64,000 nt of DNA, taken from positions 24,926 to 88,925 of the IMG/VR virus record IMGVR_UViG_3300027627_000003. One strand, 5' to 3'. Position 1 is the first letter of the stretch. The number at the start of each line of letters is the position of its first letter. The stretch comes from a virus. Taxonomy: Duplodnaviria; Caudoviricetes. Both the position numbers and the translations under genes were made by a program. A model generated the notes under the pieces. That model was not told where the DNA came from and did no database searches. It worked only from the letters and a program-made list of their open reading frames with translations. Positions 1 to 10,183 of this stretch are shown here, piece after piece.

Positions 1-1
1 T

Positions 2-274
2 TACCTAAAAGGAAGTAACAAAAGTGAGCTTTGTTGGTTCCATGAGCACAAAAATGTAAATCTAAATCAGATATTTTTTGCGATTATTTTAATACTTTCT
101 GAATGCAAAAAAATTATTATGAATACTTCAAACGTAAGTTTGTGGGCTTGTTTATATAGAGGATATGCTGAAGGTATACATCAATATCTGGAAAACAATC
201 CAAAAATTGATAATGTTTTAGACTACCCTATAGATAATCCTTTTTATGATTCGATGCGTGATGATTGGGTTTAG
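2..274 (+). CDS. 3' end of a hypothetical protein, possibly a glycosyltransferase-like C-terminus (partial, runs off the window)
   Basis: Frame open from nt 2 to TAG at 272-274 (YLKGS...TSNVSLWACLYRGYAEGIHQYL...); not in the ORF track because no start codon is present. Confidence 0.45.
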   Translation, partial: YLKGSNKSELCWFHEHKNVNLNQIFFAIILILSECKKIIMNTSNVSLWACLYRGYAEGIHQYLENNPKIDNVLDYPIDNPFYDSMRDDWV

Positions 275-750
275 GTAGGTAGCATTTTGGTTATAAACAT
301 TCTTAAATATGGAAAATATAAAGGCGTGGCAGTAGTAATTCTGTAAGAAATACCCCACTGCGGATCTGTATTCAATGTTGTTTCATCAGTCAGTACACCT
401 AGTTCCACTCCAATATTATTATCGGTAACCAATTTTTGTTGACCTGTTAAAAGATAGGGAAGGCTATAACTATTAGGATCTATAGCCGGATTATATTTTG
501 CTTTAGACAAAACATGAAACTCCCCATACTCTACAATAAAGTCTCCTGTGCCGGAATCTCTGGTTAAAAGATAGCCAAATTCTACATATCTATATTGATT
601 ATACGAAAACCTATAATTAGAACTCATGACTAAAGTGAAATCGGTCATAACATAAGGTATTATAGGTAATGTAGAAGGTTCTGTGTCGCCTATCAACAAA
701 CCTGGACATAATTGCACGGAACCCATTTCTTCTGTGAAATTAAAATTCAA
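271..750 (-). CDS. hypothetical protein, probably virion/baseplate-associated
   Basis: 159-aa ORF coupled to the upstream baseplate-like genes by overlapping stop/start. Confidence 0.55.
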   Translation of the reverse strand: MNFNFTEEMGSVQLCPGLLIGDTEPSTLPIIPYVMTDFTLVMSSNYRFSYNQYRYVEFGYLLTRDSGTGDFIVEYGEFHVLSKAKYNPAIDPNSYSLPYLLTGQQKLVTDNNIGVELGVLTDETTLNTDPQWGISYRITTATPLYFPYLRMFITKMLPT

Positions 751-2405
751 GGTGACACCTTAATTGTTTTAGACGTTAAAGTGGTTATTAGAGCTTGTAT
801 TTGAGTAATTAAAGGGATTAACCCAGCATTTGGGACGACAGGACTACCAGGAGCAGTAGATACGGCAGGTAAAGAAATTGCTTGTATAATTAAATTCAAA
901 CAGCTTACGAGAACTTCTCCTAGCACCATAGATTGTGCTGGAGCGGCACCTAATCCTAGCGTGGCAGCACTTATTTTTAAGTCGGCAGCTTTAAGCATTA
1001 AAGCACCTGCAGCAGTTATATCTATCGTTGGGGATGCCAATTTAAAACTAGCACTGGAACTTAAATCCATAATAGGTGCAGAGGCTTTAAAATTTCCGCT
1101 AGTAGCAATTAAAATTAAATCTACAGCCGAATTAATTGTCGTACTGGCATTAGACTTGACCTCTAAACCAGTATTATATTGATGCGACCCCGATCCAATA
1201 CAGTTAACACTGTAATTACCACCTACCGTGGCTTCCATATTACTAACGACATCAAATGTAGCATCTGTACCTGCGGTCATTCCAATTGAAGTGCCTGCCA
1301 GTACCTCAACAGCTAGAGCCGATGTGAAATTCATGCCTTGCAGCGACGTAGCCATTTTAATAGGACCGGCAGGGGATAAAACATTCCAACCGCTTTTAGA
1401 TGCTAAAGATAAATTCCAGTTTACGTTTCCGATTTCATCTATAACAAAGCTCGTAGAATCTAAAGCGGGTGTATAGTAATCGTATTTCGCCCTAATATAA
1501 GCACCATTAGGTCCTATAGTTTGTACACCTTTGTCATCAAATACTTGCCCTTCTCGAATATCTAAAAGAATAGGATTTGGTGCTGTTGGATATAGAGGGT
1601 TTTTAAGAACCTTAAGGTATTCTTTAGCAAATATTCTCTGTTTAAATTCACCTATTGAAATTAAAGCGGCGGCAGCAGCGTTTGCGGCAGTAGCAGTTAC
1701 TTGTGCAAAACTCGGACTTGGAAAACCTGTAGGTAAAGTAAAATTCGGATAAGGATAATCAAAATAGTTAGAACTAGTAGTTGAGGTAGCTAATATAGCG
1801 GATAATGGATTTCTTGGCTGTAAAGTACTAGGATCAAACAAAAAGTTATAAGGTCTTTTAACAGCACCAAAGCGTTCCTCATCGCCTATTTCTTTAGCCT
1901 TATACTCGTAAATTTGTTTGGTATGGAGAGGAGATTTTGCTCCTATCTCTAGTCTGTCTTGGTCTATCCATGTACGGCATACTCCTGCTCTTTGCTCTAA
2001 CACAGGTCGCTGAGAGTAATAGGATTGAGCCATACCAGACGAGTTTATTTCTATCTCACCCGATTTTAGTGTTCTGTAAATATTTTTACTGCCCGTATAT
2101 CCACTTATCTTATCTTTTGGGTTAAAACTATAATAGTTCACACATACTAGATCGCCGGTATCATTTCTGTAGCTACACATAGCCGGTGTACCGTTTTCAG
2201 GTATGGCTCTAATCCAAGACGTATTACTTTCAAAGGGCATCGGTAATGGAATGCTACGCTCACCACCTGCATAGACAAACTTCCCGCTTTGATTTTCCCC
2301 GCCTGCAGTATCTATAAAGGCGCTAAAAAGACCGGTCTGTGAATTAGCTCCTGTAAGCTGATTCGACCTAGCGGCATTTTTAGTGACTTGTGATCTCCAA
2401 TCCAT
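747..2405 (-). CDS. baseplate central spike-like protein (gp5/gp45-like)
   Basis: 552 aa; C-terminal Ser/Thr/Ala-rich beta-repeat stretch and a LGEVLV..L..II.AI tail like phage spike proteins; lies downstream of the hub gene. Confidence 0.45.
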   Translation of the reverse strand: MDWRSQVTKNAARSNQLTGANSQTGLFSAFIDTAGGENQSGKFVYAGGERSIPLPMPFESNTSWIRAIPENGTPAMCSYRNDTGDLVCVNYYSFNPKDKISGYTGSKNIYRTLKSGEIEINSSGMAQSYYSQRPVLEQRAGVCRTWIDQDRLEIGAKSPLHTKQIYEYKAKEIGDEERFGAVKRPYNFLFDPSTLQPRNPLSAILATSTTSSNYFDYPYPNFTLPTGFPSPSFAQVTATAANAAAAALISIGEFKQRIFAKEYLKVLKNPLYPTAPNPILLDIREGQVFDDKGVQTIGPNGAYIRAKYDYYTPALDSTSFVIDEIGNVNWNLSLASKSGWNVLSPAGPIKMATSLQGMNFTSALAVEVLAGTSIGMTAGTDATFDVVSNMEATVGGNYSVNCIGSGSHQYNTGLEVKSNASTTINSAVDLILIATSGNFKASAPIMDLSSSASFKLASPTIDITAAGALMLKAADLKISAATLGLGAAPAQSMVLGEVLVSCLNLIIQAISLPAVSTAPGSPVVPNAGLIPLITQIQALITTLTSKTIKVSP

Positions 2406-5299
2406 TAGATGGACTTTCTTTTTAAACCAGCGGTTTTAAGCACTACTTTTTCACATGGTTTAGGCGGAATAAATTCACCTAAATGTGCAGCCGTATATGG
2501 TCCGGCTACAGAGGTAAAGTACCTATTACCCAAAGCTTTAGTTACTTCCTCTAAAATATTTTGATCTGCGGGTGATACTTCATTTTTTACTAAATCGGGA
2601 TTTAACGCATTTAAACATGCCCAAACTTTTTTTACACATTCTGTCTCAGACAAATTATTTTTTCTATAAAGGTCAGCAATTTGCTTTGCTCTTTCTTCAG
2701 ACATTTTCCACTCAAAAGGAATTTGAAAATGTATACCATCGGGAGTTCTTTTAAACTTCCCACCCCAAAAAAGAGTATAACCGTTTGAATATGTGGAAAT
2801 GACATTTTCATTATTTATCGAAGCATATGCAGGATGATTAATATTTCTTCCAGCCACGGCTATATTAAAGTCTACGGCACAACCATAATTGTGATACGAC
2901 TTAAATTTTTCTGCGGCAGGTAAACCATGTGCAATATTGTATTTCCGTATTTCTTCTTGCTCTTCTGGAGTTCTATAAGTTGAAGTTATAGTCAAAGGAA
3001 TATTTTTTGCAACGCAAGCTGCGTATAATTCTTCCACCATTTTTCTAAACGGCGGATAGAGCATATCAAGGTTTTTACCTAAAGTTTGTAAATATTTTTT
3101 TGGGTCCGGTGTGGATTGTTTCGTTTGTACATCTTTTTTAGCGTCTTTAGCCGATCCCGTCTCGACATAAACACCACTGTTAGCTGCTTGGGGAACAGCT
3201 TTATCTTTGCCTGTACCGGATAACTTATTTAAATTCCCAGCCGTGGATTCTGGTGTACCCCAAACGGCACCATAATCAATAGGAGTGTTGACCGCACCTG
3301 TTAATAATCGATAAGAACCGTCATGTCTTTCAGCCATAATCATATTACAACTAAGAGTGACACCTGCACTCTGCGCCACTGTCCAGTTATAAGTTACACT
3401 CTGTAATAAACCAATTCTCGCGGATTTTTTAAGGTGTATAGGTCTATTCGGAAATAAAAAAGGTCTATAGATTACAGAGCCTGACCACATTGAAGCATCA
3501 GCCATGCGCTTTGTGAATTCTATCAATCCTAATTGTGCTAATCTTTGAGTTATAGATGTATTGCTGCCATTTTGTTGGATTTCTTCCGCTTTTTGTCCTG
3601 CAAACGGGAAGTCAACTTGACCTGTTACAACACCATAACGGTCTACCAGAGCAGGAGAATAAACATAAGCTCTAGGAGAAAATGTTTCTATTGCACCATT
3701 AGTAGCATCGTTCAATACATTAAAAGCAAACCCACCACCAACTTGAAGCACTGTTGGGAAATCTTCCGCTTCATCATTTAGTGTTTCTTCTTTTTGATGT
3801 AAATCAAAAGTAAACAAATTAGCTATGCTGTTTTCTGTTTTATCACACTGTGGAAATGCTTTTTGATTACTCTTAGGTTTACTGCTACCTGTTAGCGGGT
3901 TTGATAAACTTTTCTTGGCTTCGTCTGCAGCACTCTTGACTGAAGATGATACGTTAGATGGAGTATTACCGAAATTTGTCAAATAGGCACATGGAGTAAA
4001 ACCATATTGAGGGAACTCAATAAGAATATCGCCTGAAGGCGAAGTCAAAACTTGGAAATCTAGTTTGCTTGCCAAGTCTCTAATACACTCCCAGCGTGTA
4101 GTCCAGTCCCTAGCCTCAGATCCCGATCCTGACATCATATCATATGATGTTAAGTTACCTGGACCAACGCCAGATGCGGGCATAAGAAAATGTAAATAGC
4201 GTGCGGTAGGTCCGCCTACTGTCTTAGAATATTTCTTATTACTAGGAGATGTAGCCTGTCCTAATATATCCATGTCTTTAGCTGTCAGCCATAAATCATC
4301 CACCCCACCACCTTGAGGGAATGGAATTTTATTAACACCGAAAACGGTCATTAAATGCCAGCGTTCTAATGTATTCCCAGGCGACTGGGGATCATAACAA
4401 ATGACGTTACCCAAACTGAAATAGCCCACACGCCTTTTTAATTCTTCTAGAGAGGATTCATCGACTGTCTTATTTATCGTACTACCTAAAATTAGGTTTG
4501 TGATTGAATCTTGTAAATTTTGATTAGCAAATGGATGTGTAAGCAAAGAAGTATTGATAAAATCCGCGTAAAATCCTTTATCAAGAATTGGCTGTGGATC
4601 TGTATCAGATATATGAATATTTGTTTGGACACGCATTTTTGCTAACTGTTGTTTAATACAGCTACAAGATATACGCACCGCAGAACTGCCAGTTATAAAA
4701 TCCGTAGTGATCGGGTGTTCTTGAATAAAGCCACAGAATATTTCAACCCACTCATCCCCTTTTACTGAAAAGGGATTTTTTTTGAAAATACGCACCCAAT
4801 CATGTTTGTTAAAAATGCAATCATTAACAGCTAACCTATACTTTCTTTCCTCGTAAGTATCGGGTGGATAGTATGGATTTTTATAAAAAGCATCATTACT
4901 ACTTATAGAGCCATTAGAAGAAAAGTCTACCTTTTCAGTCTTTGTTTGCCCTAACACAGACTGTGTTGTATCCAATTTATAATAAGCATTTGATTCTGTT
5001 TTTTGCTTCGCATTAAAGATGTCTCTTTTTACAGATTCATCATTAAAGTCACTTGTGCTGCGAAAATTACCTACATTATTTCCTGCGCCTTTTAAATTCT
5101 CACGAGTTACTTGCCAAACTTTTTGGGGGTTTTGCAAATCAAACGAGGCTAAATTATAGCCATCCCTACCTGCATAGGTAATAGAAACGCTACCTGACAA
5201 CCACTTAGATACTTCACTACCTGCTATGTAGATCCGCATAGAATGATTAAAAGTAGAAAATCTTTTTTCAGTGAAATTATATATATCAGATATAGGCAT
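2405..5299 (-). CDS. baseplate hub-like protein with C-terminal M15-family peptidoglycan peptidase
   Basis: 964 aa; C-terminal TSTYRT..EQ, SYHNYGCAVD and PDGIHFQ match M15 Zn-peptidase motifs; N-terminal part resembles hub proteins. Confidence 0.65.
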   Translation of the reverse strand: MPISDIYNFTEKRFSTFNHSMRIYIAGSEVSKWLSGSVSITYAGRDGYNLASFDLQNPQKVWQVTRENLKGAGNNVGNFRSTSDFNDESVKRDIFNAKQKTESNAYYKLDTTQSVLGQTKTEKVDFSSNGSISSNDAFYKNPYYPPDTYEERKYRLAVNDCIFNKHDWVRIFKKNPFSVKGDEWVEIFCGFIQEHPITTDFITGSSAVRISCSCIKQQLAKMRVQTNIHISDTDPQPILDKGFYADFINTSLLTHPFANQNLQDSITNLILGSTINKTVDESSLEELKRRVGYFSLGNVICYDPQSPGNTLERWHLMTVFGVNKIPFPQGGGVDDLWLTAKDMDILGQATSPSNKKYSKTVGGPTARYLHFLMPASGVGPGNLTSYDMMSGSGSEARDWTTRWECIRDLASKLDFQVLTSPSGDILIEFPQYGFTPCAYLTNFGNTPSNVSSSVKSAADEAKKSLSNPLTGSSKPKSNQKAFPQCDKTENSIANLFTFDLHQKEETLNDEAEDFPTVLQVGGGFAFNVLNDATNGAIETFSPRAYVYSPALVDRYGVVTGQVDFPFAGQKAEEIQQNGSNTSITQRLAQLGLIEFTKRMADASMWSGSVIYRPFLFPNRPIHLKKSARIGLLQSVTYNWTVAQSAGVTLSCNMIMAERHDGSYRLLTGAVNTPIDYGAVWGTPESTAGNLNKLSGTGKDKAVPQAANSGVYVETGSAKDAKKDVQTKQSTPDPKKYLQTLGKNLDMLYPPFRKMVEELYAACVAKNIPLTITSTYRTPEEQEEIRKYNIAHGLPAAEKFKSYHNYGCAVDFNIAVAGRNINHPAYASINNENVISTYSNGYTLFWGGKFKRTPDGIHFQIPFEWKMSEERAKQIADLYRKNNLSETECVKKVWACLNALNPDLVKNEVSPADQNILEEVTKALGNRYFTSVAGPYTAAHLGEFIPPKPCEKVVLKTAGLKRKSI

Positions 5300-5329
5300 T
5301 GAACTCCCATTCAGACAATGGAAATAAAT

Positions 5330-6055
5330 CTAATATGAACAATCTGAATAGCCCCTTACTAAGGGTAATAAATTACCTAAATTAAAACTGTCAGTTAATA
5401 ACACCTTAGTATATTTGAATATGTAAGGACTGAGCGTTCGCCCAGAAGGTGCAATCCCAATTACAGGTATTTCAAAAAGTTTTGCATAAAATAATTTTTG
5501 ATATAGTTCTGGACCATAAGGTTCCATATTTAAATCGCAAATCATCAGAGATGAACGCATCAAAAAATAAAGTTCCTTAAAGATCATACTATCTACATCT
5601 GTCTTAGTATCTGCTTGACGAATAATAGGTAAAACTTCTTCTAAAGGCTTGTTGTAGTCATAACTAAGTTTAAGAAACTTCAATTCACTTAATTTTACTT
5701 TTGATGTAATATTTTTTAATGCTTCTTTGTGTTGTGCTTCATGAAATTGCTGTTCAACAGGCACTAGAGGATTAAAAATAAGAAAATTATGCGGCTCCAT
5801 CTCTTTTTTTAGAGTGTCAGCATAGCTTGGCATTTCCACGTAACTGTACCCTAAATAAATAAATTTATAGGGACAAACATCTAAACTTTCACTTTGACTT
5901 TCATCAAATTCATCATTCTTTACATTAGCATCTTCCTGAAGATTTGTTTCCAAACTAGATTGTTTTTTACTTGAAACATAACTTTGTATTCTGGAAGCTA
6001 CATCTTCAGATCTACTCATTAAATGATTTAGTTGATTCTCTAAATTATTTGCCAT
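5330..6055 (-). CDS. hypothetical protein
   Basis: 241-aa ORF; weak nucleoside deoxyribosyltransferase-like look (YLG..Y, ICDL, IPVIGI). Confidence 0.5.
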   Translation of the reverse strand: MANNLENQLNHLMSRSEDVASRIQSYVSSKKQSSLETNLQEDANVKNDEFDESQSESLDVCPYKFIYLGYSYVEMPSYADTLKKEMEPHNFLIFNPLVPVEQQFHEAQHKEALKNITSKVKLSELKFLKLSYDYNKPLEEVLPIIRQADTKTDVDSMIFKELYFLMRSSLMICDLNMEPYGPELYQKLFYAKLFEIPVIGIAPSGRTLSPYIFKYTKVLLTDSFNLGNLLPLVRGYSDCSY

Positions 6056-6542
6056 TAGAGGTTCCCTTCTTACCTAAAGCTTTCGATATTTCACGCAAGA
6101 GCACGGATACTTCATCTGGTATTTTCAAGACTGGACTGTGTTCTTTTTTCTCTTTAGTGACACCTTCAACGCTCCATAGTCTGTCGATCTCTGCAGACCG
6201 TACTGCTTCGGCAGCCTCATCACTTAAACCTACTACCTTACATAAATTAATAACAAAATTTAATTTACCAACTCTCTCCGCATCTTTTAAAAGAGATAAT
6301 CCATTAAATTTTGGCTTTTCTATTTCTTCATTTTGAGCCTGGTATTCTAGAATTTTACCAACGTCGTCTAGTGCCTCAGTTAAAGCATGATCTAAGATCA
6401 TGTCATCTACGATTACCTTAACTAATAAGTCTTTAACCTTACTAGCCTGCTCTAAAATATAAGGAAAATGATGTTTGATCTTATCAAAGACATCATCGCC
6501 TGGACGTTGATAAAGAAGATCTTTGTCTATAGGTAATGTCAA
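6045..6542 (-). CDS. hypothetical protein
   Basis: 165-aa ORF overlapping both neighbours in operon fashion. Confidence 0.6.
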   Translation of the reverse strand: MTLPIDKDLLYQRPGDDVFDKIKHHFPYILEQASKVKDLLVKVIVDDMILDHALTEALDDVGKILEYQAQNEEIEKPKFNGLSLLKDAERVGKLNFVINLCKVVGLSDEAAEAVRSAEIDRLWSVEGVTKEKKEHSPVLKIPDEVSVLLREISKALGKKGTSNGK

Positions 6543-7291
6543 GAATTAACCTCTTTATTCAAAGGTACGATAATGTACTCAGGTTTGCCGTAGTCTGATC
6601 CAGATTCATACCTCAACGGTCCTTCATGTCTTTGATGTGCGTGACCATTTAGAAATGTCTGAATATTGTATTGTTCTTGCAACGTATCACCTAAAGATTT
6701 CGGTCCGCCATAAGTAATGTCCAGGTTATTTTTGAATTCCACTATTGGAAAATGTGAACAAAAAACTATTTGTGTGTCTGAAGGTAAAAGTTTATCGAGA
6801 TTTTCAAACACTTCTCTGTAACTTTTTATTCGCATATGCTGATGCGTATTACCGTCTAAAGCGTGTGGCATCCACCTTAAATCATTAGTATTAGCGTCCT
6901 GCCCATACCAAAGGGAGTGCCCTACAAAACACACTCCATCTTGTCTGTATGGACCATCAGTATCTAAAAAATGGACTTTATTTTCAGTAAATACCTGTTT
7001 GATTTTAGCTATATTTTCTTCAAAGCGTGCAGGCGAAGGGTTAGACTTTTTAGGGTTGCTGCACCAATAGTCGTGATTACCTAAACAGCTTATAAATGGT
7101 TTTTGTGGAAAGTATTCCCGTACTAAATTTGTAATAGTCTGTGTAGATCTCGCACCGTCTAGACCACCGCAATTATCACCAAGATTGATTAAAATATCTA
7201 AATCATCAAAAACCATACGCTCTAATTTTTTGCGTATAGTTTTCTCTTTAGTTAATCCAATATGCCAATCGCTAAATAGACCGATCTTCAT
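6539..7291 (-). CDS. calcineurin-like metallophosphoesterase
   Basis: SDWH, LGDNCG, LGNHD, SHFP and GHAH motifs. Confidence 0.88.
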   Translation of the reverse strand: MKIGLFSDWHIGLTKEKTIRKKLERMVFDDLDILINLGDNCGGLDGARSTQTITNLVREYFPQKPFISCLGNHDYWCSNPKKSNPSPARFEENIAKIKQVFTENKVHFLDTDGPYRQDGVCFVGHSLWYGQDANTNDLRWMPHALDGNTHQHMRIKSYREVFENLDKLLPSDTQIVFCSHFPIVEFKNNLDITYGGPKSLGDTLQEQYNIQTFLNGHAHQRHEGPLRYESGSDYGKPEYIIVPLNKEVNS

Positions 7292-7695
7292 CCTGTTTTA
7301 CGGCTGGAAACCTCGTCCTTTAGGACGGGGAGGAAAGCCGTTCTCCATTTTAACCGACTCAAAACTTTTAAATCCGACTTCTTTGCACCTTGAGTCAAGC
7401 GCTTTCCAGTTTCCACGCTATGCAAAGAAATTAAACCTTTAGAAGTACCCCCAACAAAACTTCTTCCAAACTTAGGGTGGTGAACAAGAGTTCCCCTCGT
7501 TAGACCTAAAGAAAGAGTGCCGCCGTAGAGTTTTCTAATCCCACCTTTAGCGAAATTTTGAACATGTAGCTGGCGTCTTGAAAAATTAAAGAAAGACAGG
7601 AAGTACATCCCGTAGAAGGGCTGAATATTCTCACCATATATTCTTTCACAAAGACTGTGGGAGTCCACACAGTGAGCGTTCCAGACGGGTTTCAA
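7288..7695 (-). pseudogene. isrB: C-terminal remnant of IsrB-like (RRXRR-family) RNA-guided nuclease
   Basis: AHCVDS, RRQLH..KGG.RK.YGGT.SLG and HPKFG..VGG...ISLH motifs; N-terminus and mid-region missing, so IsrB versus IscB cannot be settled. Confidence 0.7.
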
Positions 7696-7897
7696 CTTAC
7701 ACCCTGTTTTCTGATATCTGTGATAGGCAGAATCCTTTTAAGACCCCTAATTACTCTGAGCTTGGCTCCCCAGCGAGCTTTTGTGGATGGTGGTATGGAA
7801 CCACGAGTCCTGTTGTCCTTGGTCAGTCTAGTCTCCTTTTTCTCTTGAAGCCTAGTGGTTGGCTTCAAGCCCCTCTCTTTAGGGAGGGGTTATTGAC
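7292..7897 (-). mobile_element. internally deleted IS200/IS605 OMEGA element (IsrB/IscB family), 606 bp
   Basis: Begins GTCAATAACCCCTCCCTAAAGAGAGGGGCTTG (omega-RNA-type end); ends TTCCTCCCCGTCCTAAAGGACGAGGTTTCC..., followed by ATGA; carries fragments PPSTKARW..KLR..ITDI and AHCVDS...RRQLH. Confidence 0.8.
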
Positions 7898-8276
7898 ACG
7901 TTATGATTCCAGTGTATCTTGGATTTTCAGAGTAAAAAAATATATCATGCCATAGACCTAAATCTATATTTGTCGGCAAATAATGAACCCAAAGACCGGC
8001 AAAACAAAGTTGTTCATAGCTATGTTTTTTAACATACATTTTAAAGTATTTATGTTTTTTAGCTTCTAAAACATTTATAAATAAAATATTTCCTTCCCAT
8101 ACTTTATAGTCGCCCACATAAATACCTAAAAAGTCTTTATTTTTTAAAAACTTTACACCTTCATACGACCGATATTCCGCTTTTGGATCGTCGAATTTTT
8201 CGTCGTATAGTGTAAAATATGTTCCCTCTGAGCCTGTTTCAAAAAAAGGCATGAGTTGCCCTTTAATTGTCGGCAT
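7890..8276 (-). CDS. hypothetical protein whose stop codon is supplied by the IS end
   Basis: 128-aa ORF ending ACG TGT CAA TAA inside GTCAATAA. Confidence 0.6.
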   Translation of the reverse strand: MPTIKGQLMPFFETGSEGTYFTLYDEKFDDPKAEYRSYEGVKFLKNKDFLGIYVGDYKVWEGNILFINVLEAKKHKYFKMYVKKHSYEQLCFAGLWVHYLPTNIDLGLWHDIFFYSENPRYTGIITCQ

Positions 8277-8821
8277 TATATCTCCTTTAAAATGGCGGGC
8301 GCGACTACACGCATAGCACCAAAGTAATTGGAAATCATTTCACTGGAGTTTCTTATAGCCCAGTTTATGTCCTCTAAATGCTTTTGTGCTGCCTCGGCTA
8401 CTTCTAGTAGATAGTCTAGTTTTTCGACACCGCTGGTAATAGGCTCCAATGAGTCTATTAAAAGTTGTTTTCGCGTGGAATCTCGTACAGCATTAAGCTG
8501 TACATAATATTTAGTACCTATGAATTTCAATGCCTCTTTATGTAACCGATCCCAACGATACTGTAGCCCCTTTAAATGATGCCTAATTATAGCCAGACGC
8601 TCTTTACACGTTTTAAGAACACACATGGCTTGGATAAGCATTTTGTAGTCTTCAGGTGAATCAATATTCGGCAAGAGAGAAATATTAGTCTCTAGGATTT
8701 CTTTAATTTCATTTTCGTAGGTGTCTGGTATTAGCCAGACCGCCTGATCGGTCTGATCTAAAAAATGTTTTTTCAACTGAGGATCTGCACATATCACCAT
8801 TGCAAAATTTTCGTCAGCCAC
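8276..8821 (-). CDS. hypothetical helical protein
   Basis: 181-aa ORF in a coupled operon. Confidence 0.6.
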   Translation of the reverse strand: MADENFAMVICADPQLKKHFLDQTDQAVWLIPDTYENEIKEILETNISLLPNIDSPEDYKMLIQAMCVLKTCKERLAIIRHHLKGLQYRWDRLHKEALKFIGTKYYVQLNAVRDSTRKQLLIDSLEPITSGVEKLDYLLEVAEAAQKHLEDINWAIRNSSEMISNYFGAMRVVAPAILKEI

Positions 8822-9218
8822 CGTAAGCTCCCACGATTATGTGTTCATAAGGCTCTACATCATAACAATCTCTCAGATCGAACGCTATAGGTACTGTCAA
8901 ATGTAAAGGAGGTCTAATATTTATTTTTACCATGTTTAGACTAATTTTATGGAACCAATTTTTACCAACTGTATCAAGGCTTTTAATATCTTTTGGCAAA
9001 CATTTTGCTGTGTATTTTTCATAGAAATTATTTAAAGCAGGGTACTCAACACCCACATTAAAAATTTTTATAAGTAGATCGGTTAAAGAAGACTGTCCTA
9101 CCGCAATAATTTGCAAAGTAGAAGGATGAGTGACGAGCAAACCCGAAGGCATTACACTACGCTTTGCGTCATCATAATAATTTAATACATAACCAATCAT
9201 GTAAAAAATATACCTCAC
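8814..9218 (-). CDS. hypothetical protein
   Basis: 134-aa ORF overlapping the next gene. Confidence 0.55.
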   Translation of the reverse strand: MRYIFYMIGYVLNYYDDAKRSVMPSGLLVTHPSTLQIIAVGQSSLTDLLIKIFNVGVEYPALNNFYEKYTAKCLPKDIKSLDTVGKNWFHKISLNMVKINIRPPLHLTVPIAFDLRDCYDVEPYEHIIVGAYGG

Positions 9219-9279
9219 TGTTTTAGTGGGGTATAGGTAATTAGTGAGGTATTACTACCACGAGATTAATTTAATTAAA

Positions 9280-9321
9280 GTGACATCCTCCCCGCCCTAA
9301 AGGACGGAGTTTATTAGGATT
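9280..9321 (-). mobile_element. miniature IS200/IS605 (TnpB-type) end remnant
   Basis: 9280-9307 GTGACATCCTCCCCGCCCTAAAGGACGG is identical to 15620-15647; right boundary approximate. Confidence 0.65.
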
Positions 9322-9325
9322 AAAA

Positions 9326-9760
9326 ATGAAATTTTTTCAAAAAGTATTGGCGGAAGAATTTTACGGTAAAGCAGGTGCCGGAGGCGTGTTTTTAGCCGAG
9401 GATACAGGGCGAATTTTACTATCCCTACGCAGTAAATATGTAAATGAGCCGCAAACATGGGGAGTATGGGGTGGAAAACAAGAACCAGGAGAAACACCTA
9501 CTGACACAGTTAAACGCGAAATAAAAGAAGAAACAAGCTATAGCGGTCCTTTTAAGCTAAAACCACTTTGGGTTTTCACAAAAGGTAATTTTAAATATTA
9601 TAATTATTTAATTACAGTCCCACACGAATTTAACCCTGTCTTGTGTTGGGAGACTGAAAATTACGACTGGTTTACATTAGATGCTTTGCCAAATCCGCAA
9701 CATTTTGGTTTGAAGGCGCTACTACCCCACTTACTAAAAGAGATAGCCCAACGTAAATAA
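9326..9760 (+). CDS. NUDIX hydrolase
   Basis: Nudix box GGKQEPGETPTDTVKREIKEET. Confidence 0.9.
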   Translation: MKFFQKVLAEEFYGKAGAGGVFLAEDTGRILLSLRSKYVNEPQTWGVWGGKQEPGETPTDTVKREIKEETSYSGPFKLKPLWVFTKGNFKYYNYLITVPHEFNPVLCWETENYDWFTLDALPNPQHFGLKALLPHLLKEIAQRK

Positions 9761-10183
9761 CCCCTGTAGTGATCTTTTTTCTGTTCCAAAAGTGGTTATA
9801 GCTCCAGCCGTCCAAGCATCTTGAATATTGTAATCATACCCTACACCAAGAGTAGGCGCATAGTTTTGTAGGACGTGCAGACCATCAGATTTTAACTCTA
9901 GCTTGTGACCATCTGGTCCAATACCGGCTATACCAAAAACATGATTCTTTGGATTGTCTCTTACAATTCTTGTGTCGCATTTTTTATTGGCAGCATCACT
10001 TTGCAATTGTCGCAATTGATTCTGTGCTTCGCTTAATGCCAAGCGGAGGCGCTGAACTTCACGCTGCTCTGCAGAGACTACAGCGGCAGGTTTAAGTACA
10101 GGACGTGGATTTTCCGTGTGTTCTGAAAAATCCTGCGCCATACTCACTGAAGCATATAAGATGAAAGGTATTAAAATTTTCAT
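9734..10183 (-). CDS. exported protein with coiled coil and probable small outer-membrane beta-barrel
   Basis: Signal peptide MKILIPFILYASVSMA; alternating beta strands; C-terminal ...TLGYLF resembles a beta-signal. Confidence 0.55.
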   Translation of the reverse strand: MKILIPFILYASVSMAQDFSEHTENPRPVLKPAAVVSAEQREVQRLRLALSEAQNQLRQLQSDAANKKCDTRIVRDNPKNHVFGIAGIGPDGHKLELKSDGLHVLQNYAPTLGVGYDYNIQDAWTAGAITTFGTEKRSLQGLFTLGYLF

